This document shows, piece after piece, positions 1 through 11,007 of a stretch of DNA of 64,000 nucleotides; within the stretch, counting starts at the first letter, position 1; the number at the start of each line of letters is the position of its first letter. A program made the translations under genes and the position numbers. Origin of the DNA: an uncultured Gammaproteobacteria bacterium (GTDB lineage: Bacteria; Pseudomonadota; Gammaproteobacteria; Steroidobacterales; Steroidobacteraceae); contig CAVTID010000004.1 of NCBI GenBank assembly GCA_963734645.1, forward strand, positions 554,847-618,846. Direction: 5' to 3'. The notes under the pieces were generated by a model. It made no database searches, was not told the origin of the DNA, and saw only the letters and a program-made list of their open reading frames with translations.

Positions 1-964
1 CAGGCGCCCGCGTTATCGCTTGAGGCTCGGTCCATTCACGCAGGAGGACGACGCGGACGCCGAACTGTTGAAGGTGCGCGACATCTATCCCAGCGCTCTC
101 ACCGCGACCGCGGACGCCGACGATTTGCGAATCATCGCGGCGCTGCAGCTGAAGGCACCCGCGCCGCCATCGCCGGCGGCAAAGCCGGCGGTGCCGACAC
201 TGCTCGAGGCAGCCGCAAAGCAGGTCGAGTCGCCGACGGCGCCGACACTGGTTAAGGCAGTCGCAAAGCAGGCGGAAGCCCCGATGGTGCCGACATTGGT
301 CGACGCGGTCACCAGGCAGGTCGTGGCGCCGGCGCCCCCGACCCCGGTCAAAGCAGTTGCAACGCAGGTCGAAGCGCCGATGGTGCTGACATTGGTCGAG
401 GAAGTCACAAAGCCGGCGAGTCCCGCCATGATGAGTCCGGTTGCTCCGGCGCCGCTGACGCAGCAACAGAAGCTGGCGGTTCGCGCGCCTGTCCCGCGTC
501 CGGCCGAGCAGCCGCGCGAGCGTGCGCTCAGCCTCGAGTCGACGCAAACTGTCCGCGCGCTGACGCAGCTGGAGCTGGAAGACGATCAGCTTTCGCGCTG
601 GTTCGCCATTCAGCTCTCGCTGGCGGAAGAGGCCTTCGATCCGGAGACCTTGCCCAATCTCGACATCTTCAGGGTGTACCGCCTGTACTCGGTGGCGGGA
701 ATCGATCAGGGCCGCATCGTGCACGCCTTGCGCCTGGGCTTTTTCACCGAGCAGAGCGCAGCCGGCGCGGTCGCGAGCTACCTGACTGCCTTCTACGACA
801 AGCCGACGATCAAACGCGTGAGCTCTGCCGAGCGCGAGCGATTCGCCGAGCAATCGCTCGAAGCGCGCAAGGACGTGGGTGCGACCGGCAGACAAGCCGT
901 CATCGAGATTACCGATGAGCGGTACATCCGCGAGAAGCGCGTGGGGCAGGGCGCCGCCAAGTAG
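1..964 (+). CDS. SPOR-domain protein, 5' end outside window
   Basis: ORF 20..964. The frame stays open back to nt 2, and ..YRLRLGPFTQEDDA.. looks like the end of an upstream SPOR fold. Ala/Pro-rich 16-aa repeat linker. C-terminal SPOR-like segment WFAIQLSLAEE..FRVYRLYSV..LRLGFFTEQSAA. Confidence 0.6.
   Translation, partial: RRPRYRLRLGPFTQEDDADAELLKVRDIYPSALTATADADDLRIIAALQLKAPAPPSPAAKPAVPTLLEAAAKQVESPTAPTLVKAVAKQAEAPMVPTLVDAVTRQVVAPAPPTPVKAVATQVEAPMVLTLVEEVTKPASPAMMSPVAPAPLTQQQKLAVRAPVPRPAEQPRERALSLESTQTVRALTQLELEDDQLSRWFAIQLSLAEEAFDPETLPNLDIFRVYRLYSVAGIDQGRIVHALRLGFFTEQSAAGAVASYLTAFYDKPTIKRVSSAERERFAEQSLEARKDVGATGRQAVIEITDERYIREKRVGQGAAK
191..430 (+). repeat. five imperfect 48-bp (16-codon) tandem repeats inside the SPOR gene
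   Basis: Units VPTLLEAAAKQVESPT / APTLVKAVAKQAEAPM / VPTLVDAVTRQVVAPA / PPTPVKAVATQVEAPM / VLTLVEEVTKPASPAM, read directly from the DNA in the ORF frame. Confidence 0.8.
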
Positions 965-975
965 TAGTTTCGGTG

Positions 976-1594
976 CTAGCTCCCGCCCTGCTGAGACTGC
1001 GCCGTGCGCGGGCGGCTGGGAGGTGCCGCGAAAGACTCGAATTTTAGATTGATGACCGATCCCGAGTTCTCGTGCGGAACGCAGGTGGTGTGATTGTCGA
1101 CGTTGCGCGTGGTGAACATCGGCAGCACATTGTTGCGAAACTGCTCTACGAGCTCACAGTCCCCGGTGCCCAATTCCCGCGGCGAACGATCGGCAAACGC
1201 CACGGGCCGCCAGATGCCGTCGACGGGCTTGCCGCCGGAAGCCGTCGCGGTCGCGCCGGGAGCCGCACCGGGCGCGCCGGGCGCCAGCGTGAAGAACGTC
1301 AGGTCGGCGCGCGCGAATTTATCCGGGCGCCCGAAGCCGGACGCGCATGCGCCGGGCTCGCGATTTCACATCGTGCCTCGCTCCGGCGGCGATGAGCAGC
1401 AGTTTGAGCTTGTCGGCCAGGCCATCGCAGGAATAGGTCGAGGTGAAGCCCATGAAGGCGAAGGAGTACTGGTGCTTCTGCCAGACGCCGGGCTCGCCCG
1501 CGGACGGCGCGTCGGCCAAGGCTGCGCTCGAGATGAGCAGGGTGGGGATCAGGGCGTAGCCGATGACGGCCGCCAATTTCCAGCGTGTGTTCAT
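976..1594 (-). pseudogene. secreted hypothetical protein, one frame switch
   Basis: The Met at 1594 gives a signal-peptide-like N-terminus (MNTRWKLAAVIGYALIPTLLISSAALA) in the tail of ORF 1319..2374(-). The reading continues (GFGRPDKFARADLTFFTLAPG..) into ORF 976..1203(-) after a switch near 1340-1360. No family recognised. Confidence 0.45.
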
Positions 1595-1762
1595 GAGATC
1601 GCTCCTACGGCGTTGCAGCATTATACCGCCAAAGACATAACGAAGGACATACCGTGGCGGTTGACAGCCGACGGATCGGTTACACCGCTCGGGTGAAAAA
1701 TAAACGAATATCCCGCCGCGCGCTCCATATAATCCGCGCTTCTTTTTGCGCGGGTGCCGCTG

Positions 1763-2696
1763 ATGCTGTTCAAGAACCTGGTTTTTCATCGCCTGCCCGC
1801 AGAATGGACGCTGTCCGCCGCGGAATTGGAGGGCCAGCTTGCCGCCCGCACTCTGCAGCCCTGCGGGCCGTTCGAGATGTCGTGCCGCGGCTGGGTGCCG
1901 GTCACCGGCGGCGGCCGCCTGCTGCATACCGTCAATCAGCAGCACATGATTGCGCTGGGCGAGAATCAGAAACTGCTGCCCGGGTCCATCGTCCGGCAGG
2001 TCGCCCAGGAGCGCGCGGACATACTGGCCGAGGAACAGGGTTTTCCGGTCGGGCGCAAGCAAATGCGCGATCTGCGGGCTCGCGTGGCCGATGAGCTGCG
2101 CGCCCGGGCGCTGACGCGGCGCCGGGTCACGCGAGCCTGGATCGACCCCCAGTCGGGCTGGTTTGCCGTGGACGCCGCGGGAATCAGCCGAGCCGAGACG
2201 GTCGTCGAGGCCTTGAGCGATACTCTCGGCAGCTTCGCGCCGCTGGCCATCGAGACCGAGCGCTCGCCGCACGCGGCGATGGCGTCCTGGCTGATGCGCG
2301 GCGAGGCGCCGGCGACGCTTTTCCATCGATGATGAATTGGAGCTGCAGACGGCCGACAAATCCAAGACCATCATCCGCTACACGCGCCATCCCCTCGACG
2401 GCAAGGAAATTCACGCGCATCTTGGATCGGGTAAATACCCGACGCGACTTGGGCTGACGTGGAACGATCGGGTGTCGTTCGTGCTGACCGACAAGCTGCA
2501 GGTCAAGCGATTGGAGTTCCTGGAAATGACCAAGGATTCCACGACGGAAGAAGAAGTCGATCCGGCGGAACAATTCGACATCGACTTCGCGGTGATGGCC
2601 GGCGAACTGGCGGCCTTGCTCGGAGACCTATGGCGGGTGCTGGGCAAGGAGTCGGCTGAGGCGGACGGTTGGCCGGCGCGCAGCAAGGTCGCGTGA
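1763..2696 (+). pseudogene. rdgC: recombination-associated protein RdgC (frameshifted as written)
   Basis: ORF 1754..2332 has the typical RdgC start MLFKNLVFHRLP. The C-terminal half (ELQTADKSKTIIRYTRHPLDGKEI..) lies in ORF 2337..2696 after a switch at about 2325-2336. The combined length is about 310 aa. Confidence 0.85.
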
Positions 2697-2903
2697 ATTG
2701 AACAGAATCTAGCCGCGCCATATGGGGCGGCCGTGGCGCCGCGCCGTTGCGTCGGCTTCCATCTAACGCGTCACAGAATTGCGTCACAAAATCGCCAGGT
2801 TGCAGGACAGCCTGCTTGAACGATCGGATATCGTGTATTCCTACATGCTTGTCAGCGAACGTCTCTAGCGCAAGGACTTTAGATTCGCTAAGAATCCGAC
2901 GCC

Positions 2904-3999
2904 ATGAATCTGAAATACTCATCCGCGGCTGCCAATCTCACCGGCGTCGCCGCCGAAGCGGCGCAGATGGCGGTGGAGGCCGGCCTCATCTATGTGTCGG
3001 ACGCCGAGCCCGGCATCCGGCGCCTGCGCGCGGGTAAGGGGTTTCGCTACCTGACTCCGGAGAATCGCAGGCTCGCCGCCGCCAAGGAACTCAAGCGCAT
3101 CGCGAGCCTCGCCATACCGCCCGCCTATCGAAACGTCTGGATCTCGGCGCAAGGCGCGCGGCCATCTGCAGGCGACGGGGCGCGATGCGCGCGGCCGCAA
3201 GCAATACCGCTACCATCCCGAATGGCGGCAGGTGCGCGACAGCGCCAAGTTCGACCGCATGGTGGCATTCGGCGAGGCGCTGATGAAGCTGCGCCGCAAG
3301 CTCAGGCGCGACTTGGCGCTGCCCGGCCTGCCGCGCGAAAAGGTCCTGGCGGTCGTGGTCAGCATTCTCGATGCGACGCGGGTGCGCATCGGCAATACCG
3401 AATACGCGCGCGACAACAAGAGCTTCGGCCTGACGACGCTGCGCAATCGCCACGTCAGCTTCATTCGCGACGGGCGCGCGGTCTTGAATTTCCGCGGCAA
3501 AGGCGGCGTGCAGCACGAGGTTCACATCGACGACAAGCGCATCGCGCAAATCGTCCGGCGCTGCCAGGAAATTCCCGGCCAGCACCTGTTTCAATACGTG
3601 AGCGACGACGGCGAGCGGTGTCCCATCGATTCGGGGCAGGTCAACGACTATCTGCGCGAAGCGATGGGAGATGATTTCACCGCCAAGGATTTTCGTACCT
3701 GGGGCGCGACCCTGCATGCCATCACTCTGCTCGCGCGCACGCCGCTGCCGGAACCCGCGAGCGAGCGCGCCTCGAAAAGCCTGATAGCCGACGTGGTCAA
3801 AGAGGTTGCCGCGAAGCTGCGCAATACCCCCGCCGTCTGCCGCAAGTCCTACATCAATCCCGCGGTGTTCGATTCCTGGCGCTCAGGCCTGATTCACAAG
3901 GTCTTCAACGGCAGCCTGAGCCTCGCGGCTCCCCGCAAGGCGGAAACCCTGGTGCTGGCCTTCCTGCGCCAGGAAGCCGAATCGCCGGTCCGCAGTTAG
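2904..3999 (+). pseudogene. DNA topoisomerase IB, poxvirus-like bacterial type (frameshifted as written)
   Basis: ORF 2904..3674 supplies the N-terminus (IYVSDAEPGIRR..PPAYRNVWIS). It joins ORF 3232..3999 after a switch near 3150. Motifs present: GRKQYRYHPEW, TTLRNRH, FTAKDFRTWG, and the catalytic-Tyr context CRKSYINP. Confidence 0.8.
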
Positions 4000-4110
4000 C
4001 CGGGCGCGGCGCGCCGATCATCAGGCAGCCCGTGGTCGCGATCCGGATGCGCGTCCGGAGACCGGCAGAATTCGGCGCCGCCGAACCTCCGGATGGGTGA
4101 GAATGCCGCG

Positions 4111-5588
4111 ATGAAACCGGCACCGACCCTGTATTCCGCGGCGTACAAGCGCGTCGTGGTATTGCTCCTGATGACGGCCTACACCTTCAACGCCATGGAC
4201 CGCAGCATCATTTCCATCGTCGGCCAGTCGATGAAGCTCGATCTGCAAGCTGACCGACACTGAGTTGGGGCTGCTCGGCGGCACGGCCTTCGCGGTGCTC
4301 TATGCCTTCGGCGGAATTCCCATTGCGCGGCTGGCCGAGCGCTTCAGCCGGGTCAACATCATCACCGCCGCGCTCATCGTCTGGTCCGCCTTGAGCGCGC
4401 TGTGCGGCGCCGCGCTGGGTTTCTCGCAGCTGCTGCTGATCAGAGTGGGCGTGGGAGTGGCGGAGGCCGGCTGCTCGCCGCCCGCGCACTCGCTGATTTC
4501 GGACTATTTCGAGCCGTCGCGGCGCAGTTCCGCGCTTGTCGATTTATTCCTGCGGAATTTCGCTCGGGTATCTGTTGGCCGCGGTGGGCGGCGGCTACGT
4601 GGCGCAGCACTGGGGATGGCGCGCCGCCTGCGCCATGGTGGGACTGCCGGGACTGGTGGTCGCCGTGCTGATCAAAATCTTCATTCGAGAGCCGCCGCGC
4701 GGCCATTCCGAGCCCAACAATACGCAGCCCGGCAATCCGGACAGGGCGGCCTTGCCGCCTCTCTCCCTGAAATCCGAATTGCGCGAGCTGCGTGCGGTGG
4801 CCAAGGCGCTGCTGGCCGACCGGCCCGTTCTGCACATGGTTCTCGGAGTGAACATCGGCGCGTTTGCGGCGTACGGATTTTACGCCTTCCTGCCGCCTTA
4901 CTTCAGCCGCGCCTTCGACCTCGACTACACGACCATCGGCGTTCTCGCCGGTCTCGCGGGGGGAGTTGCGGTCGGCATCGGAATCATTGCCGGCGGATTC
5001 GTCGCCGATGCTCTGGCCTCGCGGGACATGCGATGGTATGCGCTGGTTCCGGCGCTCGGCGGCCTCATCGCCGCGCCATTCTATCTGCTGCGCCGTGCTG
5101 CAGCCGGACTGGCGGTGGCGACCGCCTGCTGGCGACTGCGCGGGCTTCTTCCAGTACGCCTCGCTCGGGCCCACTTTCGGCGTGGTGCAGAATGTGGTCG
5201 GCCAGCGGCAGCGTGCCACCGCAACGGCTCTGCTGTACATTTGCTTGAATGTCTTCGCGCTCGGCGGCGGACCCTTGTTCACGGGCTGGATCATCGATCG
5301 TTTCGCGCGACGCCGACTTTCACTCGCAGGCCATGCTGCGCCTGATGCCGCGCGATGCACGGGCCGGCTCTACATTCGCTCGCAAGCTGCCCGGGAGGCG
5401 CGGCCCGGGCGACGGCCGGTACCGCAGCCGAATCGGCCTGTCATTCGACACTGGTGCGTGCGACGCGGCGGGGGATGCAGGTGACGCTGTTGTTCTTCGC
5501 CTGGGCGTCCATCCATTACTTGCTCGCCTCGGTCGGCATTGCCAAGATCATTGAAGGCAGCCGCCTTTCGAAACGCCGCCGCTGCAGT
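4111..5588 (+). pseudogene. MFS transporter, multiply frameshifted; 3' end uncertain
   Basis: ATG at 4111 (MKPAPTLYSAAYKRVVVLLLMTAYTFNAMDRS). The gene continues in ORFs 4265.., 4536.., 4864.., and 5249../5355... Multi-TM MFS pattern (GIPIARLAERFSR, GVGVAEAG). At least five frame switches. Confidence 0.65.
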
Positions 5589-6481
5589 AGGAGCGCTTGC
5601 GCGCGTTGCCGGCAGCGGCCTGCTTGGCTTCCTCGGTCCAGTCGGATTCGATATAGAACGGGCCCGGCCGCTCCCGCAGCTGCTCGTACTTGCAGATCTG
5701 CGGCTCGGCGCCGAGCGCGCGTCGACACGCCGTCGCGAAACGCCCATTCGCCGCGCTCGCTGTCGCCGGCCCGCACGTAGCTGTTGATCATGAAGCGCCG
5801 ATCGTAGTCGCTGACGTTGGCGGCCGAGCCGTGCACGGTGAACAGCGTCCACAGCAGCAGATCGCCCGGCTCCATTTCGCAGGCGACGATGCTCGAAGGA
5901 TCGAGGCCGGCGCGCCGCAGCTCCTCGTCCTGAGTCTGGCCGACCATGATGGGGCCGTCGTCGGAGAGCCCAGATACCCGAGCCGATGGCTTCTGGGGAT
6001 GATCCGCAGAGCGCCGTTCTCGACCGTTTGCCGATCGATGGCGAGGCCGGTCGTCACCGTGCTCTGAAGGTAGCTGAAGTCCTTGATGTTGCCTTCCCGA
6101 AAGCGCGCATCCTGGTGAAATCGATAGGAGGTGTATTTCGCGCCGGGCGGCTTCCAATGCACTTGATGCGTGATCTGCTTGATGTCCCGGCCCCAGAAAG
6201 GGCTCGAGCACGGCGAAGTATTTCTCGCTGCGCCGCATCCGCTCCATCAGAGGGCTGATCCACGCCGTCCAGTGCGCCTGCAGCACGACGCGGCGGTTGG
6301 CCTTGGGGTCATCGAGCACCTCGAACAGCAGGTTCCTGTCGCGATAGGTCGCGTGATGCTTCAGGCCTTCCTGGTACATCCGGTGCGTCTCGGCGCTGAT
6401 TTCCGCCGTTTCCGCGGGCGAGAGAAAGCCGCGAACGATGGCGTAGCCTTCGGTATGCAGTTGCGCGACGAGATCCTGCAT
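5548..6481 (-). pseudogene. phytanoyl-CoA dioxygenase (PhyH) family protein, about three frame switches
   Basis: ORF 5516..6481(-) gives the N-terminus MQDLVAQLHTEGYAIVRGFL. The middle (HWKPPGAKYTSYRFHQDARF..ENGALRIIPRSHRLGYLG) is in ORF 5788..6162(-). The reading then returns to GDLLLWTLFTVHGSAAN. The tail ends at TGA 5548-5550. Confidence 0.75.
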
Positions 6482-6484
6482 ACG

Positions 6485-7304
6485 CTAGGTGCGAATCATG
6501 CCCTTGTAGGCATGCCAGGTCGCGTGGCCCAGCAGCGGCGCAATGATGAGCAGCCCGCACAGCAGCGGCGCGTAGCCGATCGATGGTCAGCAGCAGGATC
6601 AGCGCGCTCCATACGATCATGGCGGGTATGTTGTGCAATACCGCGTTGATGCTGGCGCGCATCGCCTGTCCGGCGGAGGCATGACGGTCGATGATCAGTG
6701 GAATCGCCACGACCGACACGAGCGAATACGCCGGTGGCCAGCACTCCGCCGACGACGATGTAGGCGAGGACCTGCGAGCGATTGGTCGAGTCGAGAAATC
6801 CGCGGTACAGGGTCTCGCTGATATCCGGCGCGGCGATGTGAAACACGGTGCCGAGCAGCAGCGCCGAGATGCCGAACCACACGGCCGCGCAGATGGCCAG
6901 GATCACGCCGAATTCAAACAGCGCCGGAGCATTTCGCTTGAATCCTTCCAGGGAGTCGTCGAAGTTCGCCGGTCTGGCCCAGGGAGTAGCGCCGCGACAT
7001 CTCGCAAAGGCCGGCCGACATCAACGGGGCCGACCAGCAGGAAGCCGGAGATTGCCGCAGCGACGAAGTAGGGGTGAGTGCCGCAAAACACCAGCAGGGT
7101 CCAGCCGAGCGCCACGATCAATGCGCCGTAGCCCAGGCTGGCGCCCCAGTGCCTGCGCATGTCGCGCCAGCCCTCGCTCAGCCATACGAAGGGCCGGTAA
7201 ACCGGGATGTGCATGACGTCGACGTGCAGAATCTGATCTTCGACCGCTGACGAGTGTAGTGCCCATGGTCGCGTCCTCCAATCGAGAGTAACCCACCGAA
7301 TCAC
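6485..7304 (-). pseudogene. DUF2189-like integral membrane protein, at least two frame switches; start uncertain
   Basis: Pieces lie in ORFs 6903..7304(-), 6496..6906(-) and 6309..6719(-). Matching segments: PFVWLSEGWRDMRRHWGASLGYGALIVALGW, GFLLVGP, and the tail ..HATWHAYKGMIRT stop. Confidence 0.5.
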
Positions 7305-7566
7305 CCTGGGCGGAGTTTAGTCCCATTTGCGGCGCCGCGCCCTTACAATCAGGGTCTTTCGGGCCTTCCTCCCGCAAAACTCGAGTTCGGTACCGTCCGC
7401 CGCATGATTTCGCTTTCACCGTGCGTTAAGATCGAGAATTTGGCCGTCGACGGCCGTCGCCGCTGTTCACCGGTTTGCACGATCGACGTTGCCGGCCGCA
7501 TTCGCGAGGACCTCCAATGACAATTAATTTTTGCATCGAAGGGCGTGCGCGCCGGGGCAGCGGGTC

Positions 7567-9890
7567 ATGAAGAGCGACGACATCAAAGAAGCCCGCAAGA
7601 AGGCGGCCCTCGATTATCACGAGTTTCCGACCCCGGGAAAGCTGTCGATCACGGCCACCAAGCAATTGCTCAACCAGAGCGACTTGGCGCTGGCGTATTC
7701 GCCGGGCGTCGCCGCGGCCTGCGAGGCCATCGTCGAGAATCCGCTCAATGTCTTTCGCTTCACCGCGCGCGGCAACCTGGTCGGGGTCATCACCAACGGC
7801 ACCGCGGTGCTGGGATTGGGGGCCATCGGGCCGCTGGCCGCCAAGCCGGTGATGGAAGGCAAGGCGGTGCTGTTCAAGAAATTCGCCGGCATCGACGTGT
7901 TCGACATCGAGGTCGAACAGCGCGATCCGCTGAAGCTGGTGGAACTCATTGCCGCGCTCGAGCCCACCTTCGGCGCCATCAACCTCGAGGACATCAAGGC
8001 GCCGGAGTGCTTCATCGTCGAGCGCGAGTTGCGCCAGCGCATGAAAATTCCCGGTGTTCCATGACGACCAGCACGGCACCGCCATCATCGTCGGCGCGGC
8101 CTGCCTCAACGGGCTGCAGGTGGTCGGCAAGGACATCAGGAAAATCAAAATGGTGGTGAGCGGCGCCGGCGCCGCGGCGCTCGCCTGCGTGGACCTGCTG
8201 CTCGATCTGGGCATGGCGCGCGAGAACGTCTGGCTGACCGATCTCGCCGGCGTCGTCTACGAGGGGCGGCGGGAGCTGATGGATCCGGAAAAGTCCCGCT
8301 TCGCGCAGCCCACCGATGCCCGCACGCTGGCCGAGGTCATCGGCGGCGCGGATGTGTTTCTCGGCCTGTCGGCGGGCGGCGTGCTGACGCAGGACATGGT
8401 CGGGAAGATGGCGCCCGAAGCCGCTGATCCTGGCGCTCGCCAATCCGACGCCGGAAATCCTGCCGGAGGAGGTGCGCGCGGTGCGCGGCGATGCCGTCAT
8501 CGCCACCGGCCGCAGCGACTATCCGAACCAGGTCAACAATGTCCTGTGCTTCCCCTTCATCTTTCGCGGCGCGCTGGATGTCGGCGCCACCACCATCACG
8601 CGGCAGATGGAAATCGCGGCCGTGCACGCCATCGCCGAGCTGGCGCGGCAGGAGCAGAGCGATATCGTCGCCGCCGCCTACGGCGGCATCGAGGATCTGG
8701 CTTTCGGCCCGGAATACCTCATCCCCAAACCCTTCGATCCGCGCTGATCGTCAAGATCGCGCCGGCGGTCGCCAAGGCCGCCATGGACTCCGGCGTGGCC
8801 ACCCGGCCCATCGCGGACCTCGATGCCTATGGCCAGCGGCTGCTGCAGTTCGTGTACCACAGCGGCACTCTGATGCAGCCGATATTTGCCGCCGCGCGCA
8901 GCGGTACCTGCGGAACGCAGCCGCATCGTCTATGCGGAAGGCGAGGGCGAGCGGGTGCTGCGCGCCGTGCAGATCGTCGTGGACGAGAAGCTCGCCACGC
9001 CCATTCTGGTCGGCCGCCCGGCGGTGATCGAGCGCGGCATCAAGCGCTATGGCCTGCGCATCCGCGATCGGCGAGCACTTTACCGTCGTCAATCCCGAGC
9101 ATGACGAGCGCTACCGCGAATATTGGCAGGACTATCACCGGCTCACCGAGCGCAGCGGCGTGACCGCGCAGTACGCCAAGCTGGAAATGCGCCGCCGCAC
9201 CACGTTGATCGCCGCCATGCTGCTGAAGAAGGGCGAGGCGGACGGCTTGATCTGCGGCACCATCAGTACCACCGCGCGGCATCTGCACTACATCGATCAG
9301 GTGATCGGGCGGCGCGCGGGAGTCAATGTGTACGGCGCCATGAGCGGGCTGATTCTTCCCGGGCGCCAGGTGTTCATCGTCGACACGCACGTCAATCTCG
9401 ATCCCAGCGCGCGGCAACTGGCGGAGATCACGCAGCTGGCCGCCGATCAGCTGTGCGCATTCGGCCTCGTCCCCAAGGCGGCGTTGCTGTCGCATTCGAA
9501 TTTCGGCAGCAGCGACGCGCCGTCGGCGCTGAAGATGCGCGCCACGCTGGCGCTTGCTGCAGGAGCAAATGCCGGAACTGGAGGTGGACGGCGAAATGCA
9601 CGGCGACTGCGCCCTGGACGAGGCGGCGCGCAGGGCGATACTGCCGGACAGCACGCTGCAAGGGCAGCGCCAATTTGTTGGTCTGTCCCAATCTCGACAG
9701 CGCCAACATCGCCTACAATCTGCTCAAGTCGGCCGCGGGCCACAATGTCGCCATCGGCCCGATTTTGCTGGGCTGCGCGGCTCCCGCGCACATTCTGACT
9801 CCGGCGGCCACGGTGCGGCGCATCGTCAACATGACCGCGGTCACGGTGGTCGAAGCCAGCAAGGCGCCGGGGGCTGCGCGGCGATGCTAA
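7567..9890 (+). pseudogene. maeB: NADP-dependent malic enzyme MaeB (malic enzyme + PTA-like domain), seven frame switches
   Basis: The protein is recovered from ORFs 7531.., 8054.., 8472.., 8886.., 9049.., 9554.., and 9123... Motifs present: [53 protein letters not shown]. The string attcccggtg at 8047-8056 reads [10 protein letters not shown] if one base of the run is dropped. Confidence 0.9.
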
Positions 9891-11007
9891 CCGGCGCCAT
9901 AGGCGCGGTTCTTCCAGCGGGCGCCGCGCCCACGCCAGTAGTTCAGAGCTGAGCCGCAGGTCGCCGCCATGTAGAAGAGCGCAATCAGCGGCAGCGCCAA
10001 GGCCCAGAGGCGATTGCGCCGGTATCGCGCCAGGGTGGGTAGATAACTCACGGCCGACAGACCGAAGGCCAGCAAGCCCGCAGCGAACTGCCGGCCATGG
10101 CCCAGCAGCATCGCCGCCGCGGGCACCCACCAAACCAGAATCAGGCCGAGCAGGGTGAGGAGCAGCAATGCCGCCGAATGGTGCAGTTGAGTGAAGGCGG
10201 TCCGCGCAATCATGTGCCAGATATCGGCGAATCTCGGGTAGGGGCGAATGGACGCGGCCAGGCCGGAATGTCCCAGAAAAATGGGGCCGGATTTCTTCAC
10301 TGCCGTGGCCAGCGCCACATCGTCGATGAGAGCATGCTTGATCGCGTCGATGCCGCCGATGCGCTGCAAAGCCTCGCGTCGAATCAGCACGGTGCCGCCG
10401 GCCGCCGCCGCGGCCGGCGAAGCGGGATCATTGACTCGGCTGAACGGGTAGAGCATCTGGAAAAAATAGACGAAGGCCGGCACCAAGGCGCGCTCCGCGA
10501 GGCTGGTGCAGTTCAGCCGCACCATCTCGCTCACCATGTCCAGACGCGATTGCTCGAGCTTCGCCACCAGCGCGGACAGATGCCGCGGATCGTGCACGAT
10601 GTCGGCATCGGTGAACAGCAGCACGGGAGCGCGGCTCGCCGCAACGCCCTGGCTCAGCGCCCAGAGTTTTCCCGACCACTCTGCGGGCTTCGATTGCAGG
10701 GTGATGACCTCGAGCGTGGCCGCCGTGCCCGCCAGAGCCGCGGTGCCGTCGGTGGAATTGTCGTCGACCAGGATGACGCGGAATTTGCCGCCGTAATCCT
10801 GCGCCAGCAGCGAGCCGATGACCGGGCCGATGGTAAGGGCTTCGTCGCGCGCCGGAACCACGATGTCCACATCCGGAAATTCCGGGGCGCGGCGGCAGGC
10901 AGTTGCGGGGCGGACCGCCAGAATCTTCCATGCGCCAGGAACAGATAAAGCCAGATGATCAACGACAGGAATGCGATGATCGTGGCGGCCGCCGAAACGC
11001 TGATCAA
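9887..11007 (-). pseudogene. family-2 glycosyltransferase, HpnB-like (hopene-associated type), one frame switch near 10900
   Basis: ORF 9887..11017(-) carries VVPARDEA, LVDDNSTDGT, GKLWALSQG, FTDADIVH, and LYPFSRVNDP..AAAGGTVLIRREAL..IDDVALA. The TM N-terminus MISVSAAATIIAFLSLIIWLYLFLAHGRFW is in ORF 10654..11007(-). The TTG start overlaps the upstream stop (TTGA). Confidence 0.65.

Noticed and set aside
191-430. Tandem repeats as a possible CRISPR array
   Set aside because: The units are contiguous with no spacers, imperfect, in frame, and translate to a coherent Pro/Ala-rich linker inside an ORF.
1595-2374. Upstream 260 codons of ORF 1319..2374 (minus)
   Set aside because: This part is antisense to rdgC. 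Only the part from Met 1594 onward, with its signal peptide, looks like a real gene.
7567-9890. Programmed ribosomal frameshifting or transcriptional slippage as the cause of the frame breaks
   Set aside because: There are far too many sites, in both directions (+1 and -1), and in unrelated genes. I saw no shared slippery heptamer or downstream structure.
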